From Octopus sinensis (Eukaryota): a DNA stretch of 64,000 nt. Below, piece after piece: positions 42,755-55,191 of this stretch (its first letter is position 1; every line of letters begins with the position of its first letter). Position numbers and translations under genes: made by a program. The stretch is from contig NC_043001.1 in assembly GCF_006345805.1 (NCBI RefSeq), positions 57,846,001 to 57,910,000 of the forward strand. Reading direction: 5' to 3'. Under the pieces are notes generated by a model. The model saw only the letters and a list, made by a program, of their open reading frames with translations, made no database searches and had not been told where the DNA came from.

Positions 42755-43825
42755 AAAAAAAAAACAAGAGACGCGGTAGGCAAAAGTGGGGAAAGCAAGG
42801 GTGGGGTGCGGGTAAGGCTGAGGGTGGGGGTAGAGATGAGGGTTGTAGGAATGGTTGTAAGTGGTGGGATGATGCAGGATTTTTAGGAGTGGGGTTACGA
42901 GGGAGGGGTGACGATGGAAAGGGAGGGGGAAGGGAGAAGGTGGGTAGGAGTGAAAAGAAGAGAAAGAAGGGAAGGATGGTAAGATGAAGAGGGGAGAAGA
43001 GTTGAGTCCATTTGGCGCAAAGGAACGAAGATAGAAGATTAATCACTGTTCACGATGAAGACGGGAGTCCGGATGACTCCTGTGCAAGGACAATCCGAAC
43101 ACAGAAAGGTGTTACGAATGTGACAGGTAGACCGGAAATGGCGTTAGACCGGGGTGTCGTTGCCGAGTCGGATGTCTCGGAGGTGTTCCACAAACTGGTC
43201 AGCCAAGCGGCGTCCTGTTTGCCCGATGTACACAGAAGATCAGAAAGAGAGAGAGAGAGAGAGACAGTGAGGAGATGCACTAGATTGGCAAAGCTAGAAG
43301 TGCAGGTGAAGGAGTCGATGATATGATAGGGTTGATGATGGGTGCCTGTGAGGAGGGTAGTGTTGGAGAGGTAAGGGCAAGTGCGGATGCATGGCTGGGA
43401 GCAGGGGAACGAGCCGGGTTAGGGAACGTTAGGGAATAAGCTGAGGACCAAGAGGTCTCGTAGGCTGTGGCCCGGTTAGGGAAAATTGCAAATTGGGGGG
43501 TCGTACTGGAGTTCCCGAAAGGTGCGGAGAATGTTGCATTGGAGAAGTGGGGTGGTGGGATGGTAGGTGAGAGGAAACGGGAAACGGGAGACAGCGGGGA
43601 GGGTGTGCGGGAGAGAGCAGATGTACGGTCCACGGAACGTGCTCTGGCAGGGGCGGAGAGTGGTGAGGGGATATCCCTGTAGGATGAAGTGGCGAGCCAT
43701 GAGACGAGACTGAGTTTCAAAATTCTGGTCGTCACTACAGAGCATGCGTAGACGGTGCAATTGGGAATAAGGGATGGAAAGCTTAGTGTGTTTAGGGAGG
43801 AGTAAAGCAACGGCACAGTTTAGGC
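42755..43825 (-). mobile_element. PLE 3' half (thumb, Cys-rich linker, GIY-YIG; Neptune-type)
   Basis: SIPYSQLHRLRMLCSD, PGSFPCSQPCIRTCP, SFTCTS, YIGQTGRRLADQFVEHLRDI, PNGLN; C-rich 3' UTR. Confidence 0.9.
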
Positions 43826-44521
43826 TACCTGTTGTTATCCGTAGATCTACTGCAGGAAATTCGTAGTGGCGGTTGGGATAATAGTAATAAGATAGGAGAT
43901 GAAATGTGTAATAGATTTTATTGAGAACAACACATGTTTCGACCCGTCATTCTGGTTCTTTTCGAGTACATCAATAAGAAAGTCTCACTAGAGAATGCTT
44001 GGATCAGTTTACGTACCGCTCTATGTCTATCAAATTCGATAATGTGTAAAATCAAAGAACTATTATTGAAACGCAAAATATTTAAATATGTATGTGGGAA
44101 GTAAACATTTCAATTTAGATAAAATGACGTAATCAGCTTTCGCTGTTGCAACTGTTGAGAGAAATTGAAAAGAAAGTAGAAGCTGAAAGCAAGATAATAC
44201 TTAGCCGAATTTTTTTGTGTTCCTGCTCAGACGCACACATACACAGAGATATGCATATATACATATAGATACATGCATATATATATGTGTGTGTGTGTAT
44301 GTGTGTGTGTATATACCTAAATATATATGCATAGCATACATACATACATATATATATATGTGGATATATATATATATATATATGTATATAAGTTCAGCAA
44401 AATTTAGATTCAGATGAATATGGTACTTAAGTTAAAGGCACCAGAATTTTGTATGGCATTATCCATAGAAATCAAATGGGATGATTATAATCAAAATAAG
44501 CAACAAGTATATCCAAGGTAG

Positions 44522-44610
44522 AGTAGTACAATTGTTTCATGCTACTTCATTTTATTAAAAACTGTAGGTATTATATCAGTTTTAAAATGTCGAGCAATCT
44601 TCAGCCTCTT
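44522..44610 (-). ncRNA. Hammerhead-like motif with long stem II
   Basis: Minus strand CTGAAGA-TTGCT...AGCAT-GAAA-CAATTGTA: canonical core, palindromic stem III, GUA triplet; stem I imperfect. Confidence 0.55.
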
Positions 44611-44721
44611 ATAGAATTTTCCAGTTAAACGGACAAAGCACATTCTTATCCCTATTTCATTTGCCAACGTTATAAAGAGGGTAGATATATAGACAGAGAG
44701 GTTGATTTCATTTTTAAGAAC

Positions 44722-44783
44722 ATGATAGCAGTATGTTCACTCTCCGTCTGTCTACAAACGGAGAGTGAACATCCTGCTATCAT
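44722..44783. repeat. Hairpin, ~29-bp arms
   Basis: ATGATAGCAGTATGTTCACTCTCCGT / ACGGAGAGTGAACATCCTGCTATCAT. Confidence 0.95.
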
Positions 44784-44812
44784 ATTTTGATTTTATATAT
44801 ATATATATATAT

Positions 44813-44882
<70 letters not shown>

Positions 44883-44904
44883 GTGTGTATGTGTGTGTGT
44901 GTGT

Positions 44905-45745
44905 GTTAAGATTAAAATAATGAGGGTAGAAATCGATATCAATCAATTAACATCAATTTAAACCAGTGCTCTAGCATATTCGAAGAAAAATCATTAGATT
45001 TAAAAATTATATTACAATTAATAAGATACTTGCATTTTGCATTTTGTATTTTGCAAGTATTAATAATGAAATCACGATACGTAGATAATGGTTTTATTTG
45101 TAAATTTTCATTTGCCTGCTTATTTTTTACATTTTGGTGTTTGCTGGATTTTTTTCTTGGGAACACACTCTTTGCGGTAAGGCAATTTGACGTCTATCCT
45201 AGCTTATAGGAATGCACTTTAGCGGTCATTACTCTTATTAATTGTAATATCATTTTTAAATCTTCGGATTTTTTTCAATATGCTAGACCACTGATTTAAA
45301 TTGATGTTAATTGATTGATATTAATTTCTAGCCTCATTATTTTAATTTAAAATAGCAATGGTCTCAAACCGGTAAATTAACTGAGGTAATTTATTATCTG
45401 CAGGGTTTAGCGCGCCAAAATTAAGACATTTGAAAAATACTACAAATATATTTTGTAGAACTATACATGAGTTTTCTTTTGGGATAACGTTTCTGTGTAT
45501 AGTTCTGTGAAGTATGTTTTGAAATACGACAGGCTACGCTGAGGATTTACAGATACTTGCATTTTGCAAGTATTAATAATGAAATCCTGATGCGTAGGTA
45601 ATCGTTTTATTTGTAAATTTTCATTTGCTTTGCTTATCTTTTACATTTTGTCGTTTGCAGGTATTTTTTCTTGAGAACACACTGTTTGTGGCAAGGCGAT
45701 TTGACGCGTAGAAATCCACTTTAGTGGGCATTCCTCTTATTAATT
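44905..45745. mobile_element. Non-coding PLE-like terminal structure: inverted plus tandem repeats
   Basis: 44905-45026 is the reverse complement of 45233-45350; 45025-45243 is directly repeated at 45551-45745; contains a hammerhead motif. Confidence 0.75.
45534..45597 (+). ncRNA. Type I hammerhead ribozyme motif
   Basis: CTACG-CTGAGGA-[ATACTTGCA/TGCAAGTAT hairpin]-GAAA-TCCTGAT-G-CGTAG. Stem I is perfect. The sister half-copy at ~45067-45085 has GAAATCACGATA-CGTAG. Confidence 0.7.
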
Positions 45746-45757
45746 TATATATATATG

Positions 45758-46230
45758 TCTCTTATTATAAAAGGCAGATTTTATCTGCCTCCCTTTGTCA
45801 GTTATAGAAATCTACAATATAGGATTTCTTCAATTACAATTTACCTAGCATTTTTAAGAGTAGAATGCATCGGGTTTTGCCAGGTCCGGTTTTTAAAATT
45901 TCAACCCCAATTAAGCAAAATTTAGAGTAAACTCACATTCTGGTGTATATGTCAAATGCTTTTCTTAGTTTGGGTTACAGCACACGCAAACGCACACACA
46001 CAGTGTGCAACGAATAAACTGAAACTAATTCACTGTGTGTTGACAGGTTGACAATAGAATGCGATGGCGATGGCGATGGCGATGTAATATTTGTTTCTGT
46101 CTATGACGCTGATAGATACATGAGTAAAATGTATGGGAAGCTAAGAGATAAGAGTGAGTGAAAATGTCCTTGGAAGAGAGTAAATAGTGAGAGCGTGATT
46201 TGAGGAAGACTTTACATTAAATAACCGTAG
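45758..46230 (+). mobile_element. Probable non-autonomous Helitron 5' part
   Basis: Starts TCTCTTATTATAAAAGGCAGA after (TA)n; no clear CTAG end found. Confidence 0.4.
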
Positions 46231-46258
46231 TGGCTTGTATATATATATATATATACAT

Positions 46259-46525
46259 ACATAAGACAGTAAGGTGTGATTTGAGGGAGATTTGGCTGCT
46301 ATTTCTACCATGTCTAGCTGCCATGTAGGGGTCTCCCTCATAGGCTCATACATACATATATACATAGATAAGACAGTAAGGTGTGATTTGGGGGAAATTT
46401 GGCTGCTATTTCTACCAGGTCTAGCTACCATGTAGAGGTCCTCCTCATTGGCTCATATATATATACATACATAAGACAATGAGGTGTGATTTGAGGGAGA
46501 TTTGGCTGCTGTTTCTACCGGGTCT
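46259..46525 (+). repeat. Tandem triplication of a ~105-bp unit
   Basis: ATAAGACA..GGTGTGATTTG.GGGA.ATTTGGCTGCT.TTTCTACC occurs three times, separated by short TA/TACA tracts. Confidence 0.92.
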
Positions 46526-46599
46526 GTTAGGCCTTCTCATGTAAACTCAAGCTTTCTCATGCCTTGAACATAAGACCAAAGCAGAGAATGTATTCTTTT

Positions 46600-46830
46600 A
46601 TTCTTCTGCTTTTTCAAGCCATTGGTCTGTGGCCATGCTGGGGCAATGCCTTGAAGAATTGTAGTTTAATGAATCAACTCCAGTTTTATTTTTGTAAGCA
46701 TTGTACTTATTCTATCTGTTTCCTTTGTCAAACCACTATTTGACAGGGATGTAAACAAACCAACATTCGTTGTCAAGCAGTGGTGGAGGACAATCACAAG
46801 CACAGACACGCACACACACACACATACATG
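46600..46830 (-). mobile_element. 3' half of an older tRNA/CORE-like SINE
   Basis: Reverse complement of GCTTGACAAC..GATAGAATAAGTAC..CCAGCATGGCCACAG matches 2570-2730. Confidence 0.75.
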
Positions 46831-46845
46831 CATACACATATACAC

Positions 46846-46880
<35 letters not shown>

Positions 46881-46901
46881 TTTGTGTGTATATATATATT
46901 A

Positions 46902-47154
46902 CAGCGTGGAAGCCATTTGTAAGCCATTTAAGAAACACACAAAAACCGTTAGATTCACTTCAACATTTAAATTTAATTTGCCAAAATATTTTCCTCGCTT
47001 TGAGACCGCGACCTGTTCACTGACAAAAATATCGTGCTAACAGGTCGCGGTCTCAAAGCGACGAATATATTTTGACAAATTAAATTTAAATGTTGAAGTG
47101 AATCTAACGGTTTTTGTATGTTTCTTAAATGGCTTATCAACACCTTCAACGCTG
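46902..47154. repeat. Long inverted repeat (arms 46902-47017 and 47039-47154)
   Basis: AAAAACCGTTAGATTCACTTCAACATTTAAATTTAATTTG and CGCTTTGAGACCGCGACCTGTT with exact reverse complements. Confidence 0.96.
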
Positions 47155-47315
47155 CAACTGTTTTCGTTCCAGCACACGATCTCAGATCAAGTCACTTGCT
47201 ATGCAAGTACATCTCTGTAACTATATATATATTTATATATATATATGTATATTGGTAAAAACAGTAAGATAACAAAAGAAAGAAAGAAACCTCAATATTA
47301 TGTAAATAGAGGAAA

Positions 47316-47709
47316 TCTTTATATATAAAAGTGAGGTTGTGTGTCTGTCTCCTACGATTTAGATTCCTAACTACTCCCACATTTTGCGGTGCAGTTTAAC
47401 CAAAACCGGGTATCTTATAGTCGTGATTCATATCGAGCCCGTCTGGGTATTAGCGCGCGTCTACGATGAGTCTACGATTTAAAAAAAAATTTACCATCAA
47501 TTTTCCCATTTTTAATCCATTTTTGACATATATAAGGGAAGTAACTCTCTAAAATTTATTATTAAATCTCAGAACGTAAAAAGCTACAGTAACACCCCTC
47601 CCCTTTTGTGGTTAGCCATATTGAGATGGCTATTATACTTTACATCTCTAAAAATGCTTATATAATTATTTCCCTTACAAACCCGAGCAACGCCGGGCGA
47701 TACTGCTAG
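47316..47709 (+). mobile_element. Non-autonomous Helitron, complete
   Basis: A|TCTTTATATATAAAA 5' end; CCCGAGCAACGCCGGG hairpin then CTAG|T 3' end; no TSD. Confidence 0.9.
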
Positions 47710-47777
<68 letters not shown>

Positions 47778-48336
47778 TTGCGTTTCAATATTTTTTCTTT
47801 TCTTTTACTCATTCTCGAATTTTGTCGACATGTAGTTGTGGCATCACCTTCAAATTTTTTTATCGAACGAATCGATACTTATGTGTGTGTGTGTCTGTGT
47901 GTAAATGGGTACGACAACATTCTTTCAGTTCTTATCTAACATATCCACTGACAATACATTGGCCAGCCCTAGATTTAATTACTAAATACTAGTAGAAGCT
48001 GTGATATTGTGGTACTGAATCCGGAAATATGTGGTTAGGGGCCTATATATATATGTATGTATGTATGTATGTATATTCTAATATTTGAAATAATTTCACT
48101 TTAATTTGTGGAACCAGTTGCTCCTGTATGACTTAATATTTATTTAATCAGTGAGATATTAGACTAAATCAATTGAAGATCAGACAACAGACACAGCAGT
48201 TGTCAGTTTGCATTCTGCCATTGATAACTTCAACACAAGAGAGACTCTTTTTCAAGTATAGACTTTATGATATTTTACTCATCATACATTGAAGGAAAAA
48301 TCTTTCAATTCACAATTGAATATAGTGGAGCATTTA

Positions 48337-48384
<48 letters not shown>

Positions 48385-48801
48385 TTATAAATATCAACAC
48401 AATTATTTCTCCTTTTTTTCCTCTTCTCCTTTCTTCCCTTCTCCAAACTCACAGACATCCACCCACACACACACACAGACACACACACCTCCACAAAACA
48501 ATAATAAAAGTAATTCTTCTTCTATAAATCCATTTGACCATCCCTCATTAAACACACACATTCACACACTCTCTTTCTCACAATGATGAAAGGGAAATAT
48601 AAGTTATGGTCTACCTCCCCGCCACCACACACTCAATAACATTATGAAATGGTCAAAACTGAAATTATTTTTCCCCAAGATCTTAGAACCCCCCTTGGAG
48701 TAAGCATGCTGTCCAGCAGAGCACAAAAATTATTTTCTTCTTCTTCCTTCTCCCTTACCCTCTTTTTCTTTAGCACTCATTCGAAATACAAAAGCACACA
48801 C

Positions 48802-48834
<33 letters not shown>

Positions 48835-49080
48835 TTCTTTCTCTTACTTTCTCCTCATCCATCACCCTCTTGTACTGTCTTATAATCCTCCCCACTACTA
48901 CAAACTCAATATCACTATAAAATGGTCAAAACTTTTCACACAGGAACTTAGTTTGATTTGAAAACCCCGCTAATGGGAGAAAGCGCTAATACATTATCTA
49001 AGTTATATGTTGTATAAAAACATGTAATATACAAATAAATATCTTCTAATATAAAATACCTGTACATCATCTCCTAACCT

Positions 49081-49127
<47 letters not shown>

Positions 49128-49168
49128 ATATACGCATTTTTATTGTGTGTGTGTGTGTGTCTCTCTCC

Positions 49169-49272
<104 letters not shown>

Positions 49273-49980
49273 AGGAGAGAGTCAAATTGAACGTTAAAGT
49301 ATGAACATTAACAATCGAACATTAAAACTGACACAACAAAATAACAAGAGGACATACTTATTGAATATATCACTTGACGTTCAGTAAAGATCAGGCACTG
49401 TACGTAAAGTGAAAAAGTCGCGGCAAAATTAATATGTGTGATAGGCCGTCTTTCACTGCTCTTTAGGCTTCGAGAAAAATTGAAACCATCAAACAACGTT
49501 CAACATAATTAAGCACACACACAGCACGTTCATGCATTAGTATGAGAATGCGGGCGCACCTTTGTGCGGAAAGTACCTTACAAATTCATTATTTCATTCA
49601 TGTACGTACTATAGAATACCTATCGTTGTTTTCTTATTCTCAGAAAAGTGCCAGTTAGCCCCAAATCTCATATATTCTTCTGAAGCTGATTGACCTAAAT
49701 TAAATCAGGCACACTATCAGCATTATCTATTTTAACGAACAGTACTAGCGCCATTATACAATTGGTACAATCACCATATATAGAGAATACAAATACACGA
49801 TAGGAAGAATTGTTAATTGGACTAAAGAAAGATAGAGTTTGAGCAATAAAGAAAACAGTTCGTTATTGATTTGACATATTCGAAAATAAGAATAGACATT
49901 ACTTTAATTGAAATTATACACTCCCTGTTGTGACTGCTATTCAGCAATTAACAGTCGCTCATTTACGTTTGGTTAAATGC

Positions 49981-50017
<37 letters not shown>

Positions 50018-50169
50018 CGTGCGTGTGTACGTGTTTGTATGTGTGTGTGTGTTTATATATATATATAAATATATATAAGGACATTATTGTTTGCAAAAAC
50101 AGCAAGAGGCGTTGCATGCGTAAAGAATACCATACATACATATATATATATATTTGTATGCGTATATGC

Positions 50170-50208
<39 letters not shown>

Positions 50209-50435
50209 TATACATATATTTGTGTGTGCATACAAATATATATATACACGCACGTACGTATATACATACATATACATCTATATATATGCGTGTGCGCGCG
50301 TGTATGTGTAAGTGTAAATAACTTGAAAGATTATGCATTTATGAGCTTTTTATGTCGACTATGCACTAGTCTATTGTCTTACATTTTATTCCTATGGCAG
50401 CAAAGCGATCTAAGTACTTTTCCAACTCATTTTAA

Positions 50436-50508
<73 letters not shown>

Positions 50509-51183
50509 AAGCGATTGAGAGAGGTACATACATTTATACGTACGTAATTCATACATACATACATACATACATGTTCTTCAGTATTGAATAGAATTTTTCT
50601 TCTAATGAGAGTTGAATGCCAAACTGTAAAATCTGAATATTGGTGAGTGTTCGTCTCTTTGCAGCAGACATCAGATTTATTCATCTCGCTTCCTTTAATT
50701 ATCGCGATGCCGAAAATATTAAGTTGCCTTTCACTCTTTTCGATAGAGAACTGGATCGATGTATGAATGCAGTAATTGTTGAAACATTTTCAACGCAACA
50801 TTGGTCATTGTACGTGCAGTAAGTCATTATCCTTCAAAAATTAATTATTTGGGAAATCTCTCATAACATCTGTGCTGGTGTTTCTCCTTCAAGATTTTTT
50901 AAACTGAAATTAGACATTATCTAAAATATTTATTCTACTATAATACTGCCAAATCCTTATCTGTATATGGCCACAGCTCGTGAGCTGAAACTAGAATCAA
51001 TCAATCAATCATATATATATATATGTATATGTAAAAAAATACAAACTGGGACAAGAACGCAAAGCATTTAGAAGACGATACAAAAAACACGGAAGCCTTC
51101 AATCTTCAGTGCGGTAGGCACTTAATAAATTAATGGCATATATATATATACATATAATATATCCACACACATATATACAAGCT

Positions 51184-51217
<34 letters not shown>

Positions 51218-51304
51218 TATATAAGCGTGTATATATGTATGTGGATATATTATATGCATATATTATATGTATATATATGCCATTAATTTATATATATATA
51301 TATA

Positions 51305-54300
51305 CTTTGATACTTTGTTTAGGTTTCAGCCAATATTGGCCCAGGCCATGTCTGGCAAAGTCCTTCAGATCAGGAATCGGACAACTTGAGGAAAGAGTTA
51401 ATGTTTGCGGAGACATATCCGGGATATTTTTAAGGAATTTGTCCAAAGACTTAAACTCAATGGGGTCTGTTTCTGCTGTAATGTGTTTTTGGTGTTATGT
51501 TAAAGAAAGCAGGACCAATTGAGGTAAAATAATTGTGCCCTATTGCTGTTGTGTGATGCGAGTATGTTTTATGTTGTGGGCGGATAGCAGGGGGTCCAAG
51601 TTTTCAGTGTGTCTTAAAAGGCGATGGCAACATCATTTTGGCAATGCTGATGGAATATTTCCACATCATGCACATGATGTAGTGCTCACGGCAGCGCTGG
51701 AAGGTATAAAGCATGATGTTTTCTAGTCGACCCCAATAGTCAATGGCTGTCATGCCATCTACCATTTTTGTAATTGACCTTTGAGTTGCTTCAATTTTGA
51801 TATTGTGTTTCGTGTGGGGAGATCATAGTAGGCAACAGTGTTGGGGGTGAGGTCGGGTAAAAGTGGAGAAGAGAAGAATTATGGTGTGGGTATCTCTCGA
51901 CTGGAAGTTTCTAAGAATCCAGGAACACGTTCTGCAGGCCATGTCAACTTAGCTGTGTATATGAGCGGCCCAGCTTATATTATTCACAATTACTCCCAAG
52001 TCTCTAATGTTCTTTGGTGCCATGAGAGTTTTACCTCAAGGAAAGGAGTATGATAGTTTCAGGGTATCCTCTTTTCCGAAGTGGATTATCTCAAATTTTT
52101 CCTCGTTCAGCAGCATATTATTCTTTTCAGCCCATTGAATGTCACCTTCTGCATCTTGGAATCATCTGCAAAGATTCTTATGTTACTATGCTAGATGATG
52201 TCAGTAATATCATTGATATAGATGATGAAAAGGAGTGGGCCCAACACAGTGCATTGTGGAACACCACTACTGACTTTCGCTGGGTTTGATTATATTCCTT
52301 CGGCCACAACGTTTTGGGTTCGGCGAGTCAGGAAACATTTGATCCATTGTAGTAACTTCCCAGAGACATCACAGTTGGATAGTTTTTTCAAGAGGATATT
52401 TTGATCCACCCTGTCAAAGGGTTTGCTGAAATCAAGGTAGATGACATCAGTATTCAAGCAATCTCTCAAAGCTTTCAATATGTCATGAAGATGATGCAGG
52501 ACCTGCGTTAGGCAGTTCCTTCCATTACGGAACCCATGTTGTTTGGGGTTCAGCAGTCTGTTCCTTTCAAGAAAGAAGTTTATTCATAATCTCACAACCC
52601 TCTCAAATACCTTCATGATATGAGAGGTGAGATCAGCCGGTAGTTCACTGCAAAGTGATTTGTTGCCCTTTTGAAAACTGGGACAACAGGCCGGGATCGA
52701 AAGTTCTCAGGAATATAACCAGCATCCAGTAAGTCCCCCTCTCAGTTCAGCAAGAGTAGATGCTACTTGGTGGCGGCACATCTTCACGTCACAAAGAGGG
52801 AACCTATCAGGCCCCACTGCTGAAGTCTACTAAATTTCGTTAATTGCCGCTAAGACAGCAGGGACGCCAAACGATAAGTATGATACAGTGTGTTGAGGAT
52901 TAACATCACTGATACAATCCAAATCGTCCATAAACAGAGCAGTACCGTTTCTGTAGTATCTCACTCGTGAGTTTGACATTATCTTTGAGATTTTCATCAG
53001 TTAGAGGGCCAACAGTGGAGACAGTGACCTTGTGTATTTAAGCAAAAGAGAACACTTCGAGGTTGAGTTTGATTTTCTCAGCGGCCCATTTCTCCTAAAC
53101 TGTTCTTCGGTTATTGGTGATGGTTTCCATGCATGGTTGGAGGTTATATATTTTTTTTATTCGAGCAGAGTTATAGCCGTGAAATTTATGTGTGGATGTT
53201 GGCAGTAGTTCAGCTTGTTAATGTTTTTGGTTGTTATTTTCATTTTTCTGATAATGTTTTTTTTACTGTTTTGGGGAATTCTGCACTTAGTTTTCTTCAC
53301 AAGTTCTCGTGGGTGTGTGCTTAGCACATTTGTTCGTGACAGTGTCTACAAATTTCTGCCATGATATTTTGATGCTGGAGGAGGTGCGTGCATGTATAAA
53401 AGACCAGTCAACATGTGATAGATAGTTTATGATTGCTTCCTAGTTGGCATCATAGAGATCCATGGTATCAAATGGGTGGGCTGGAGAGAGATCACTAGGG
53501 TTAGCTTTCGGCTAGTGGAATCTCAGGTTACAGAGAACTATGTTATGATATGAAAGAAGTTTTTTTTTTCCCACTGAAATATAGAGTACTGTGTCAGTGT
53601 GGTTACTAAATACACGGTCTAAAGTGGTGTAGATGTTTACCAACCCAATCCTCAATGAATTGGATCTTCCATTTTGTGCATTGCTGGAGGGAATGGCACC
53701 TTGCGCATTGAGTAGAAATGTGGAGGCTAGCGTAGTGGTGGGTTTTGACTTTTGCAGGGGACTTTTTTCTGATTGTGTGTTAGTGAAAGCAATGTGGGAA
53801 GTTGGTGCACTTGGGTAATAGCATAGGATGTTATTGTGAGATTGCGAAAAGGTTTTTTTGCATCTCTTTTGTAAGGTTTAACGTGGTTAAAAAAAGCTTT
53901 CCTGCATAGGAAGCAGTTTTTGACTGGAGGTGGGTTTGCACTGTTGGATAGGGTTGCCGTTGGCACTCTTGTAGATTTTGTTACTGTTGTAGTGTTGTTG
54001 TTGTTGGGCCAGCTGCGGTAGGTATTGTTTTTACTGTGGTTTATGTGGTGGCTTGGCGCCCCATTTTTATTAATGCGTCGAGTCTCTGGAAGATAAGTGA
54101 AGGAGCAGTTACGCAACAGACATAGTTTCTCGCGTTGGGAATACCGGCAGATTCTGGGATTTGTGTCATGCGTGTTTTAACATTCAAATTACTATTTGGT
54201 GGTGTTGATGTTATTGTGGGATGCGTGTTTTGATCTTGACTGGTAGTGTTTGTTTGGAATGTGCGTCTAGTGCCAGACAGATGTGTAAAGATGCAGTCAC

Positions 54301-54900
54301 TACGTGTTTGTGCAGAGCCTCTAAAGTAAGGAAATAACGGCATATTTTGTGGTTTCTTGTTAGTGTCGTGGGGGACACATTCCACTTCATAAATTTTGGG
54401 CTTTCTTTAATACTACAGTGGAGTGAGATGGCGATGTGGGGGGGGGAGAAAGCAGTGGTTTATTTTTAGTATTTGAGGTGGTAGAAGATGATGGTGGCAG
54501 CGTTGGTGATGACGATGAAGATAACAACTATGATAATTGTGGTGGCTGCTGTGAGAGTGGTGAGTGAGAGACATGTGTAGAGAGACTATCGTTCAGTAAA
54601 TCAGCTATTATGCTTGAATTTAGGAGAGTCTCTCCCTGTTGTTGTGCTGTTGTTGTTTCTGATTTTCTGGCTGTTGCTTTTGTCGTTTAGCTTGTTGCTG
54701 TTCATGATATCCTGGCTGCTGTTGCTTTGCTAGTTGTTGCTGTTCATGGTTTTCTGGCTGTTTTTGTCGTTGTTGTACTTGACCAATTTTAAAGAGAAAA
54801 TATATCGGAGTTTTTCAAAATGACTCTGAATTACGTTGAATTAAACTTGGATGTGTTTTAGTTCGCTGCGAATCTGCCTAATCGTTTACGTGTTGAGTAT
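51305..54900 (-). mobile_element. Decayed near full-length CR1-like LINE
   Basis: DVIYLDFSKPFDRVD, SGVPQCTVLGPLLFIIYIND, IFADDSK, QHGFRNGRNCLTQ; CCCH-like ORF1 remnant near 54300; 3' hairpin and (AAAGTATC)-type tail. The 5' boundary is uncertain. Confidence 0.9.
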
Positions 54901-55191
54901 TTGCGCTGTTTTTTTTTTTGTCGTCAATCTCATTTAGACACGAAGTCTCTATGGTTTCTGTTCGGGAGAGGGAAAAACCATGTGCTTATTATGAATTCAA
55001 TTTCCTTATCAGACCAGTTTCATTTGTTGCAAGTCTGCTGTTTAATCACCATGTTTTTTTTCTTCTTTTTACTTCTCTTCTCTTGGTTTTGTTTTGTTTC
55101 AGGTATATGTATATATTCTTTCTTATGTGTGTGAGTCTTTGATTACCTGAAGATATTAAAGAAGCGTATAAAAAAAGAATATATATAGATA

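Noticed and set aside
46259-46525. CRISPR-like repeat-spacer array
   Set aside because: Eukaryotic context, ~105-bp units, spacers are microsatellite, no cas genes.
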